A stretch of DNA of 33,000 bases from Octopus sinensis (lineage: Eukaryota): NCBI RefSeq assembly GCF_006345805.1, contig NW_021836291.1, positions 93,001 to 126,000 of the forward strand, given 5' to 3'. Shown here in pieces: positions 13,013 to 25,634 of the stretch. The translations under genes were made by a program, and so were the position numbers. Position 1 is the first letter of the stretch, and each line of letters opens with the position of its first letter. The notes below the pieces were generated by a model, which was given only the letters and a program-made list of their open reading frames with translations, did not search any database and was not told the origin of the DNA.

Positions 13013-13762
13013 ATGAGATTAAACAAATTATTGACTGGCATACGTGTTGGATACTCTCCTCTCCGACGAAAGTCTCCCCTTCAAGTGGCAATTCAAAAAA
13101 TATTTATAAAAAATGGATACCGCAGTGAGTCAGTGGACCAATTCTTATCAGCAACCCCCCCAAATATATCCCCTCATTTACATAAACTGGAAATACTGCT
13201 CAGTCTTAACGTGCCTATCCACCACATTATCAACTCGGCCGACTTAGCCCACCTCGACATTGGCAAATTCGTGTGCCTATTCCAGTCCCTCAGGAGAATT
13301 GGACTCCTCTCCCACCAGTCAGCCGCCTGTGTTTTCCACTCCTCCCAAGTTGTGACATGGCATAGTCTCACCCCACTACAAATTATTTCCAAATTTAATT
13401 GTTTATTGTCCTACTTTCCTGCCAAAATGGCAAGGAGGGCAATGGCTGCCCATTTTTGTGAAATAATGGAGCTCAGTGAGGACTGCCTGAGTAGGAAAGT
13501 GGAGTATTTGCTGGACATGGGGTACTCCGATCGGGATATCCTCAGTTCGGGGTCCTTGGGGTACCATTTAGACTTCATTCAGCTGCGGTTGTCATTACTG
13601 CACAAATGTGGAGTCCATTCCATCCCCCGCCCTAACCAGCCTAATTTCCGGGACAACAAATCACTCAAGTCAGTCCTCAGTGCCTCTTCCACCCAGTTGG
13701 CTCAAATGGCGGGGATATCTCTGGAGGAGTTGTGTGTGTTTACTGATTATTATTATGACTGA
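13013..13762 (+). CDS. MTERF4: Mitochondrial transcription termination factor family, MTERF4-like
   Basis: About 250-aa ORF. The C-terminus KVEYLLDMG...LGYHLDFIQLRLSLLHKCG...P...SLKSVLSAS...LAQMAGISLEELCVF follows the MTERF4 C-terminal pattern. Confidence 0.7.
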   Translation: MRLNKLLTGIRVGYSPLRRKSPLQVAIQKIFIKNGYRSESVDQFLSATPPNISPHLHKLEILLSLNVPIHHIINSADLAHLDIGKFVCLFQSLRRIGLLSHQSAACVFHSSQVVTWHSLTPLQIISKFNCLLSYFPAKMARRAMAAHFCEIMELSEDCLSRKVEYLLDMGYSDRDILSSGSLGYHLDFIQLRLSLLHKCGVHSIPRPNQPNFRDNKSLKSVLSASSTQLAQMAGISLEELCVFTDYYYD

Positions 13763-13787
13763 TTTAAATATTATTGCCTAGCAGTGT

Positions 13788-14150
13788 ATGAAAAGTGTTC
13801 CTTCTGTGTTGTCGGATACGAGTTTAAACTACTTGGCCAAGAAGATAGAAGGGGCTGGTCTGACCTTGGGGATGTACCTCAATATCCCTACCACGACCAT
13901 AGTCAATATGAAGATCGACAATGATCTCCGTGGAGGGTCAGATGGGGATCTCACTGCTCGCCTTATTCTGTACTGGAAGAGAGCTAAAGAGAATGCAAAG
14001 AATGGAGATAAGTTGCTCATGTTAGAGAGGGCGTTGAAGGATAGTGGAAGGGCTGATATTAGTGAGATCTTTACTAATTGCTATCAAAACAATGTGGAAA
14101 TTGTCCCCGAGTCATTTGCTAACCTCAAGTCTAGGACTCCTCCTGAGTGA
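13788..14150 (+). CDS. Stand-alone death-domain protein (or terminal exon of an MTERF4 read-through)
   Basis: LSDTSLNYLAKKI...LGMYLNI...IVNMKID...LILYWKR...LERALKDSGRADISEIF shows the six-helix death-domain spacing (W; AL...R.DI). It begins 25 nt after the MTERF4 stop. Confidence 0.75.
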   Translation: MKSVPSVLSDTSLNYLAKKIEGAGLTLGMYLNIPTTTIVNMKIDNDLRGGSDGDLTARLILYWKRAKENAKNGDKLLMLERALKDSGRADISEIFTNCYQNNVEIVPESFANLKSRTPPE

Positions 14151-14382
14151 ATTTACTCACACTAACATTATTCTCATTCATTAACAATTTATATTTTTTG
14201 TTGAATAGTAGGTGAACTAATCGGGGTCATTAAATTGGTCATAGAGATGTGACAACAAGAACAAGTACTGCACTTTAATGAATTGATTGGGAAATTAAGT
14301 TAATTGCGCATAATGATTAAATTATGTTAAAAAGTATATTTTAAAATTCATAAACTGTTAGTAAAAATTCATTCCAGAATAT

Positions 14383-15500
<1,118 letters not shown>

Positions 15501-15890
15501 TCAAAGTGTACTTGATAAAAACTGCTAAATTCTTTTATTAGTGCAAAAATAGGTTTATCAGGAAATATTTATGAGGCAATGCCAATAGTATACAGCAGTG
15601 TGAGCTGTGGGACTGCAAACACACCGAATAGTAGGAAGGTTTATTATTTAACGTAAGCAGAATTATTTATAGATGCGATCAATAATGAATCGATTGCATT
15701 CGTTTAAGGACAACCCGATTGGACAGCGTTCTGTTATCCAATATTTATGTTGAGGTGATTAGAAATTACATTTTTTGATATTTTTACATATTATATTCGA
15801 ATAATTGTAACAGGTGTACTACGTGGGATGATTCATCGCTTATTTGTTCTCCATTCAAATATGATTGACCTATCCAAATACACTAATGAT

Positions 15891-15898
15891 TGACGTCA
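15891..15898. promoter_or_regulatory. Perfect cAMP-response-element palindrome TGACGTCA upstream of PKA-C
   Basis: Exact 8-mer in the divergent PKA/MRPL53 spacer. One chance hit per window is not unlikely. Confidence 0.25.
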
Positions 15899-16304
15899 TA
15901 AGTTGACATTTAATTTTCATTTCCGGCACGTTTTTCCTCCATTTTAGAGCCGGTCGGTCTCTGCCGGAGTGACGGAAAGCGTCTCAACTACCTTTTCTTG
16001 CTGACCCTTCGGATTTTGACTATGCTTTTAGTTACTTACCTAGTTAACATTTAATTTTGTTTTCTTGTTAGATGAATTTATTTTATGAAAAAAAAATTTA
16101 CAAATATAGTTCAATTGAAAATTGTAATGTTACTGGCTACTTCTGGACTACATTAGTACCTGGGATTGAGGTTATTAGATTATTTTTTGAATAAAAAAAT
16201 AAGTTTAAATGTGGATTAATTAAAAAATAAATTGTTTAATAATATTAAAAATAATAGATTATTGAAACAGGTGTGATGTGGTGATTAAGACTGACTAGAT
16301 TAAA

Positions 16305-16809
16305 ATGTCACGTTATGGACCAATTCAGAAAGTAAGCAACTTCATTGTGGACCTCAGGTCTGTGGAGAAAATCTACAATGTTGAATTGGCCGAAATGTGT
16401 CGAAAACTTAATCTCAGAGGCGTCAAATCTATCAATTATACCTACGACCCATTCAGCCTAGGAAATTCATCTTTACGGTATTTTATGCCCATTTATTGGT
16501 TAGTGACTTTATCTTTCAGCTGTCTTCCCGCCGAGTACTTATGACGAATCCCACGTGCACTCAGCGTGTCTTTGTGGTCAATACGAGAGCCCCTCCGGTG
16601 ACCCACATCGAATTTAGTAAGAATATTTTATTATTTAATTTAAATAAATATAAATTAGAATTATAGATAATTATCATAAATATAATATCCTAACTGAGCA
16701 TTTGGACACTAAGGAATTGGTCGGAGAGTTCCTCGCCGCTTGCTCCCTCCACGTCCCCAAAGAGACTCAAGTCCAGCAAGTATTCACAAGACTTCAAAGA
16801 AAAAAATGA
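16305..16809 (+). CDS. MRPL53: Mitochondrial ribosomal protein L53
   Basis: After removing a 26-nt and a 50-nt (16617-16666) intron: KLNLRGVKSINYTYDPF...RDFIFQLSSRRVLMTNPTC...EHLDTKELV, matching the L.GVK.I...DPF...R.F...LS...V..TNP.C pattern. Confidence 0.85.
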
Positions 16810-16873
16810 TTTGACATATTTTTAAATATCACTTGTTTCTAACTAAATGGAGATGATTAGTGGGCAATGTTTA

Positions 16874-17897
16874 TTATAATAAGTTATATGTTTGGACAGG
16901 CTGAGGACATGTATTCTGAGAGGAAGTCCATTCGTTTGTGGAGGACATTCCCCCATTCTATTGAGTGGTAGTGTCGGGAGACCATTAGATTTGAGTTTTG
17001 AAATATCGGGCTTGTAAAAATCAAGTAACTCTGCCCAACTCTGAGTTATTTTAGAAAAACGTACTTTAGTTCAATACACGGACACTGATTAGACTTTTTT
17101 GTAGTCCAAATGTCAGCGTTGTATTTACTTTCGCCCCGATTTGGCCGGAAGAGATGTGTGACCTCAGTTGTTAGTTTTACCCAGGACATGTTAACTTGGA
17201 TTGTCCTCACTTTGACTGTCCCTTTGAACACTACTCTAGTCTTACTAATAGTCTACCGAACACGCTATCACAAAGTTCTTTCATTTTGATTATTTTGTTC
17301 ATCTCGCATTGCTTTTGGCAGGTCTCCGGCACTACAAGTTGAGAACGGGGTCAAAATACTTTTTTGTGTTTGTTTTTTATATGAGTAAAGTCTTCCGATA
17401 AAGTTTAAAGTTTCGTTGACTTGTATTAAAATCTGTTTGAGTCCATTTTTGTTTTGTTTGCATGAGTGTTTGCAATTCTGTTGAAAGTTTAACTCATTTG
17501 TGTATTTTTTGTCGAAAAAAACTCCTTGAAAGTTAACCAAATAATTTTTTTTGGTTTCAAACTGACAGGAATTGTTGTTTTGGTTGGTTATCACTGAAAT
17601 AGAAAGTTTGATTTCCAAAATGCATTTGCAAAAAACAACATTCATTTTTGAATCTTTAAAACATTTGTTTCGAAAAATTATCAACTTATTTTTTTCAGTT
17701 GAAATAGAGTACGGACATTTAATTAATTTGTCAAAATATAAAATTTTTTTTGATTCGTGAAATAAAGATTTGAAGAAAAATACGGAACATTGGAAAGACA
17801 ATTCTGATTGTTCAAATAAAGATATCTCACAAAAATTTTCTTTTTTCAAACAGGTCCCATAAAAAATTGTAAGCAAGCCAACAATCACAATGGACAT
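16874..17897 (-). CDS. Putative secreted protein with an unrecognised N-terminal region and a C-terminal NTR/C345C (netrin) module
   Basis: Hydrophobic N-terminus MSIVIVGLLTIFYGTC. After 28-, 26- and 24-nt introns the C-terminus reads TCQKQC...MKELCDSVFVFKG...WVKLTTEVTHLF...IWT...CPCIELKVGQSYLIF...SIEW...C, the NTR cysteine and hydrophobic pattern. Confidence 0.65.
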
Positions 17898-18577
17898 TAC
17901 ATATATGAATTAGTGGCTAATTTATAAAGTTTAAATACGGCGATCAATTAATAGATTGTTTTGAATAATTCAAGACAATATCAATTATTACGCCCACTTC
18001 AAGCTTCACTTGTATGACTTTTAGTTTATAAAAAACAATTGCAATCACTTGAATTTATTAGTGCCTAAGTGTTTGCTAAGACAACTATAGAAATGATCCA
18101 TTTGGGCTTATTTGTCTGAAATGGAATACAATAGTCCATTTATTGTCGGATATTCTTTAGATATAAAACCAAACCAGTTCATAATTTGTGTTTTAATTCG
18201 TTTTTGGCAATTCATAGACTGGTTGATTATTCGTTGACTATTTGAGATAAATTAGCCTCTGTGATTAATAAAATACTATGAAAAAATTAATTTCTTATAT
18301 CAAGAAGATTTTTGTATCAACCAGCTTAAAACATGGAAAAATCCTGAACAAAGTAAAACTAAAACAGTTTTAGTGACCTTTTTGAGTCTCAATCGATAAA
18401 ATATGACATTTTGTCATATAAAAAGATTATCATCAATAAGTTTTTAGGTCTGATTATATTTACAAATTAGTATTCATTTATGTATATCTATTTACATTTT
18501 TTAATGTCTAAAAAATAAACCAGGGTAGACAAAACCAAATATATATAAGAAGAGATAGCATTATTTATTGGAATTCC

Positions 18578-19817
18578 ATGGAAACAGATCAAAAGGTAAA
18601 ATATAACTGAAAATACTAATTTTGTAGCACATTGTCAACGTGAAAATGTTGTTTCTCAAAATCGGGGAAATTAATACCATCAGGGAACAGTTCACTGCAG
18701 ATGTGCTCATCGAAACCAGTTGGAGTGAGCCTAAACTTTCTGTCGACGACATTAATGTATTGGTCGCAGAAATGTCGTAGAGTGAATTTGATTTGAGCAA
18801 ACAGTGGGATCCTGCCATCCACATCGAGAACATCTTGGTGGAGCAAAAGGACTCGGGGTGGATAGCAGCCACTTGTGTTGTCGACAATATAGTGTATATA
18901 ATCAAGAAACGAAGAGTTCGGGGCATATTTATGGAGAAACTGGAATTAGAAAACTTTCCATTCGACGTCCAAGTAACATTGAGGGTCTGAAAAGTATTAG
19001 GACCTGACAGTCAAGTTGATCAGCCACCACGACGCGAACCAACTTGAATTTCGAACCAAAGAAATGGAGAATGGAGTAAACATCAATTCCTTTGTGGATA
19101 AGCAAGTTTGAGCGCACTCAAAACAACTCAGAAATGGAAACTTTATAAGCATTTTGAGGTCGAAATAAGAAACGATGACACAAACATTTTATCAAAGTCA
19201 AAACACCCTTCCATTTCCTACATGTGCCAAGTAGAGAGGAGATCCGGGTTTTTTTATTGGAACGTATTTTTAATAATGGTTGCCATTCTAAAGTAACGAA
19301 ACCAGTGGGGGATTGCCACTTTGTCGTTTACCACGTTTGCTGTGAACAATCTCAGCACCCACAAACGACTCCAGCTGACCTTCACTCTCATTTTAACGAC
19401 TGTAGCCTTTAAATTTGTGGTCAATCAAAGTCTGCCAAAAATATCCTACCTGACATATGCCGTTCGATCACATTTATGGACTGTAGGACAAATATATACT
19501 TTTTTCATTATCTCTTTTGGGAATTATATGCACGTGGCACAGTATAGTCCCGTCTCTCGTGGTCTCCGCTGGATTTACAAAAGAACATTACGTAATCGTC
19601 GGTCTTTTGATGGTATATATATTCTACCATATATACTTTGTTCTTGTTATTTATATAAGGGTATTATTTAATATTTGACGAATTAAGGCATTCTATAAAC
19701 GAAGGATTGTTCAGAAAAAAGAACAAAGGGTCGATTTAATTTGTTATTTTATAGTTTGAAGAGAAATTAATCTGGATTGAAAACAGCTCGAAGAAAACAA
19801 GTATATATATTTCTTGA
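18578..19817 (+). CDS. Cys-less (Pro-loop) pentameric ligand-gated ion channel subunit, 341 aa
   Basis: Eight introns (32, 24, 28, 26, 27, 25, 27, 25 nt) leave 1026 nt. Motifs: LFLKIGEINT..EQFTADV...W.EP, WDP.IHIEN, LELENFPFDVQ (no Cys pair), four TM helices, LPKISYLT in the M2-M3 loop and a short M3-M4 loop. Confidence 0.9.
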
Positions 19818-20074
19818 CTCATAAAACTCACAATTGTCTTTTTTTAATCAATCTAACTTAAATGGCCTCACTAGTCTGTTGAATATATCTAGTGTCTGAG
19901 AATCTTTTGAAAGAACTGATCAAACTAATAGATATAGTCAAAGGCTTTTTCACTAGCATTTAGTCTGGTATAATTTGTTTAGTATGGTATAATTTGTTAA
20001 CTAAGTGCCTCTTTAAGACAAAGAATAATTTATTTTATGCAATCAAATATCAAAAATAATGAATTTAAAAATTT

Positions 20075-23000
20075 CTATAAATTTAAATATTGCTCCAATT
20101 TATCAATTTTTTCAAGAATGTTTACCCCACATGCTTCAGAAAAAAAACTACAAAGTTCATTGGAGCTTCCGTCGCCCTCTTGAATAAAAGCTTCAAGAAA
20201 CAGATGGAAATTGAATTTAAACGAATCATTTCCAGAAGACAATTTACTCATGATTCTCGATACTATTCTCTGAATTATCGACAACAAAGAGTCCTCGTTA
20301 TGTGCACCAGTAATAAAATCAAGAACAGTCTGCACCAAATTTGCAAACCCTGTCTAAAATGACTTATTCTTAAAACTTGATTTAAAGAGGGAAGTTGAGA
20401 AATGTCGACGGATTGGGCACCCTGTAGAAATGAATGAAACCAGTTGTATGGTGTAAAAAGAACATTCGAGTTTTCTTCCTCGTTTATTGGGCATATGACT
20501 GTGTATATAAATTAAACGAGTTTTACGGTTCGAATCTATTGTCTGGCATAGAAACAAGACAAGAAAAAGCTGTTTTCCATTTCCGGAATAAAAAACGTTC
20601 ATAATTAAAGCAAAATCTTTAAATGAAATGTAATTTTCATTGCTCATCAACTAAAATTAAGTATACGAGTAAAAATATATCACAAATACAATAAAAAGGT
20701 GATCTGGCAGTCTTCCGAGGTTTGAGAAGGGGGACAATCCTCTGAACAACTCGACAAATTGTTTATGGCCAATACGATAATAATTTTCAGGTTCTTTTAA
20801 TTCCGAAATCAATTCTTGTCTAACCATTCCAGGTTGTACTTGAATGAAATAAAACTGTCATTAAAATGCCACAAATAAACCTTAAAAACATGAAAAAGAC
20901 TCACAATTTTTGCAGAACTGAATATTGTGATTTTCTCGACAGCCTGGCAGATCCTCTCGATAACATTTTCATGTTGTTTCTGATTATAATCTCAAATATA
21001 GTGAATACGAGGAGAAGCTTTAGCCGACACTTGACTCTTAGTTTGTTGACCTCTTTATCAGTCAGTTCAGAAAACGAATTTCTCGCCATTGAAATTAGAC
21101 TTTTGAATGACTATGCACAATTAGTTAAAAAACTGACATTATTTTTGAGGGAAATCGATCTTATATAATTATTCAAAATGCACAAAGCTTCTGGAAAAGT
21201 GGTCACTTTTACTAAATCTGCCGAACAATGTTTAAAAATGGCCAAGGAGAGTCTGAAAAGTACCTAAACACGTGTGAATACGACTATACAATTGAGCCTT
21301 CGACTAATACACGGTCAATCACCTGAGCTGCACACTCAAAGTGCATGGCGTGAGAGAACAAAGTCAAAAACCAAGAAACGGTGATTCCCGACAAAGTTTC
21401 CTCAACGGAATTAAGGAAAGGGGACAAATTTGGAATGTATTTTTCCAACAGCAGTTTTAAAACGTCTAAATATATATTTTCACCAACCACAGTCAGTTCG
21501 AACTCCCATGACATTGTTGGAGTAGTAATTGGCCAGATACTGTTCGGCGATCTGAGTGAGCACCCAAAAAGCCAGTTCTTCGTTACAATGCAACAACAAA
21601 ATGCATGAAATCATATTCATAGCTTGGCAGTATCCAATTTCTTTATTTCGCCACGCATAGGCCATCAGAACCCTTCTTAGAGCCTCTTGTCCTCGTGGGG
21701 TCCGGAAGACTGGGTGTTCTGGGAGTGATCGGTGAAGGTCTTTGGCTATATCGTCTTTTATGGACACAGAAATGGTCTCAGACTGGTCTACAGCATGATG
21801 GTAGTATCCAGGGTTTATATCGCACTGTCAATAAGTAGCAGGGACTACCAAATAACGGGCACCGGAATATACTCCCCAGAGCAATTCACGGACAGATCCG
21901 GGAATCCCGTCATCCAGAAGTTTGAGGGTTCTATTAGTTCGGTACATGCAGGGATCACTGAAAGATGTTGTTTTTATGATAACCTTCTGATTCCAAGAAG
22001 ATGGATCTTCCAATTCCATTCAAGGTAAGAATCCAAAATGGCATTGTCTTGAGACCCCAACGAAGGTTCCGTTTCTTCTGTAAATTTAAAAATGTACTCA
22101 ATTGGCAATTTGTGTCCAAATTTTGAATTAAATTTTTAGAATTTTCTAACAATTCACCAATTTTTGCCCAACAAAAAGTGTTCTCTCCTATTGCAGTAAA
22201 ATCAAAATGTTTCTAGGAGTGAATCACAGCTCTCTACATCAATGTCGATATTCAAAGTCAGATTTCCTTGATAGTTCAGAAAATATGTGATCAGACTCAT
22301 AGGTATGACTATTGACACCAAACCACTTTCCTTTTTATATAAACTAATTTATTTTCACTTTGCTATCAAAGGCGATATATTTCTGACCGACGTAGATAAG
22401 TCCGTCAATGTAATCCTCCAAGAACGGGACAAACATTAAACAGGTCGTCCAACTGATCGGCATTTCTGAGAATGGAAACATGAATCGTCGTCTTGTTCAT
22501 AAAACTCGACAATACAACCTGAAAGAATCCTTTACTTTGCAAGCAATTCCATCACTGCCCGAATAAAGACAAGAATGGAGACTAATGTGAGTTTAGAGGA
22601 CCCAAACTTTAGGAATTCCGTATCTTCCAGCACACTAAAATCTCCAGGCAAGTTCATTCTAATAATAATAACAAAAACAAACTGGTTTATAACACGACAA
22701 CACAACTGTTCCACAGCTTCCTCGAAATTTGCCATTGACTTATATGAGAAAAATGTGTACTAAAAATTAACCTCCCTCAGTACCTCACGGTCCTGAAACG
22801 TCCGCAAAACTAGTCCTGAAGACAGTACGGGATAATTTACAGTTTTTATTTGCTGTCGGGTTATTAAAGATACAAATACTTTTACATGATGCCACTTTAT
22901 GGTCACTTGTCGTCTAGCTCCGATTGTGGTCTGAAAATGGAGTTGACTGGGAGACAAATCAGTGATCCCAGTCAACAAGAAAGATCCAGACCAGCACATG

Positions 23001-23501
23001 CCACCAAATTCTCTCACTGGAGAAGGGCGGCAAACGGATGAAGGTAAATAAGACATGATTTTGTCATCTTGGGCAATATTACACGTTGGTTGTAATTGTA
23101 TTTTCAGATCAGACTCCATGAATAAATTAAGGAAGCTATTCAAAGTGCTGAGAGTTGATTCGTCAGTCGGTTCCGAGTCTCCGTTGCCTAAATAATGTGA
23201 AACCAATAGAAAGACTGAATGTTAACGTTGGGATGACTGTGGTTTCCAAAAAACTCCATTTTTTCCGCATTTGTTCGAAGGAGCCGATCGCAATGACTTG
23301 AAGTACATTATAACATTATACCATACACTTTAGGGGAACTCTCGAGGGCCAATACGATCCGGTATTTCCTTTTTATGATAAAATTTGTCGAATGTTGAAA
23401 TTCAAAAAACTGTGTTTTCCTGTCATAATTCCTATAATTAATTATTTATGAAACAACCAGTTTTTATCAGCGCGGGGTGCTTCGACCAGTCGAACCCACA
23501 T
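20075..23501 (-). CDS. TBC1D9: TBC1D9/TBC1D8-like Rab GAP (GRAM region, TBC domain, EF-hand-like C-terminus)
   Basis: The start MWVRLVEAPRADKNW is followed by YRIVL...VIAIGS...KWSFLE, which matches the family N-terminus. IAKDLHRSLPEHP (Arg finger) and IGYCQAMN (Gln finger) are present. The C-terminus reads FNFHLFLEAF. Internal exons were not all traced. Confidence 0.85.
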
Positions 23502-23947
23502 TCGTTCGTTATTAATATTTCGGCTCTTTTATGATCGGTCAAAACCGCATCAAAAATTGGTCACGTACCTCAAAAATGAATTAAATTTAATCATTTTTGA
23601 TCTAATTATCATAATTAACATATTATCATTTTCTTCGTACATTGAGACACTTTTCAAACCGAAATGAATAGCCGAAGACCTACCAACTCGCTTAAGTCCT
23701 ATTTGGAAAATTATGACAAATTCTCCAAAGTTCAAAATTATCAATTTTTCGTCTATCCGTTTTTTTTCAAGCCAGTTGAATATACAAATAAAATCTGACC
23801 ACAAATATGTTTAGTGACGTCGCAATAAGACTCGTAAAACTCAATAATCGCACAAAATGTTACACAAATTTTGTTTTAATAAAAAATATTTTAAAATTGA
23901 TTTGGGCTAAAGGACATAAACATTAATAAATTAGCATGTCATTTTTA

Positions 23948-25559
23948 TTAATGAGCAAGCGAGTCAATCAAGCATTTTAAATATTTTTCTAAATAAATTG
24001 ACAATAAATACTTGATTTTTGTCTGAATTTTAGAAAAGAACACCTGGTCGTCGGGGAATATCCAAAAATTGTTAGATTTCTCACAGACCTGTAAATAAAA
24101 TATATTATAAACTGACCTGCTTTTGTACAGTCAAATTTAATTTTAAATGTCTGGTTTCAAGTTTTATGTTTAAATAAATTTGAGTTTGATCGATCACGTT
24201 CAAATTCATCAAGGAATTTATAAAAATATTAATTTTCCGAATTGGTGGCGCATGGACATGTTCAGAGTCATCCCAAAACCATTTCAACTTTTTTTTCTCG
24301 TGGTGAAATGCCTGATAACCTCCAGATTCATTAATCAACAGTCTGAAGGAACATGACTAAACTGACTTTATGGCCAAGTCTGGGTCATTGACCACTAACC
24401 CAGCCGTAGAATTGTACACGGAAACTAAGCTGTTTTCGAGGTCGTCTTGAAAGATTTGAACAATCACAGTTTTGCCACATTCAAACGAAATTACAGCTTT
24501 CCGTCCAGATTTATAGCTTTTTATTTTTAGTACAAAATACAATATTGAGAAATCCTGGACTGAAAACGATTCGATCATTTTCTGCCCAGTTTTATAATAT
24601 TCGACGTCGTATTTAATGGTTTTCTTAAATAAAAAATATTTTTACTCTCTCTGACTTGAGACCAACATCTCTCACGTTTTGGCCAACTTTACTCAGATTG
24701 AAACTAATTTTTTCCACTGCCTCAATTTTTTGGAAATTACCTGGTTCGATAGTGATGGAAGACAGAGACTTTTTTTCGATATTTTGGACTGGAATTTTTG
24801 TCGGTTCTTGGACTTGGTGATGAAATTTATAAAGTTTTTCTGATAATTCAAGCAACAAAAAATCTCTTCTTGAGACCTTGTCATTATTTCCATCAACGAA
24901 GGGGTCACTGGCAGTTTTTGGTTGCAGTAACTGCAAAATATTGCGTCTGGGAAAATTTATGAGGCAATACCGTTCCTGAACGTTTCAAACATTTTTTTAA
25001 GTTCTTCAATTTTGACATTGATCTAAATTAGGTAAAAGACACTCTTACGTTATTTTTTTGAAGGAAGTTCAATTTTTTGGCTAAATTTGAGCTACGATAA
25101 TCCAACCCTCATTCTCCCTGGCCAACTGAATTTTTAAATTGTCCTCCAATCGAGTGTAGTAACCATCTTCGTCAGATATCTAAAATACACAAATATTTAC
25201 ATACAAAGCTATCTTCTTTGTAGATAGACACCCCATATGTGTCGTCTAGTCGGAATCCAGTGGGGATGGGCAGGTGCTTGTGATATCCAAAGATTTCTCC
25301 TTCGATAAAAATCGCCTGTGGATTAGCATAAGCCAATGAAAACGTCTTTGGGGACTTTTTTGGCACTTTCTGGGGATTTTAAATCGGTATTTTTATCAGA
25401 ATTGTTTATTTTGATTTCTTCCTCCTCCGTTTGAGTGCTCGTAGAAATCACATTTTTATTTTTGCAAAAACTTTTTTCCACGTAAAATAATTCTTTTTCT
25501 GAAATGGAATTATTTTGTTCATTCGTTTCATTAGCTTGGTCAGTAGACAACATTTCCAT
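23948..25559 (-). CDS. ERICH6: ERICH6/FAM194-like protein
   Basis: Acidic N-terminus with STQTE, then CSYC...FCCLNY, YKSGRKAV...IVQIFQDD, INESGG...KWFWDDSEHVHAPPI and a terminal KIQTKIKYLL helix, consistent with the FAM194 layout. The match is from memory. Confidence 0.65.
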
Positions 25560-25634
25560 GCCAATTAATTATTTGTTGATTCAAACAAAGCTATTAGTGA
25601 TAAAAAACTAGCAATATAAACAAAAAACAGAGTA

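Noticed and set aside
16031-16043. TTACTTACCTAG resembling the U1 snRNA 5' end
   Set aside because: The downstream sequence is AT-rich with no U1 stems. It is more simply the reverse complement of a GTAAGT donor-like motif.
23550-23804. 84-aa minus-strand ORF as the first exon of TBC1D9
   Set aside because: It starts at TTG with no recognisable homology. A better ATG (MWVRL..., 23501) joins by a 26-nt intron.
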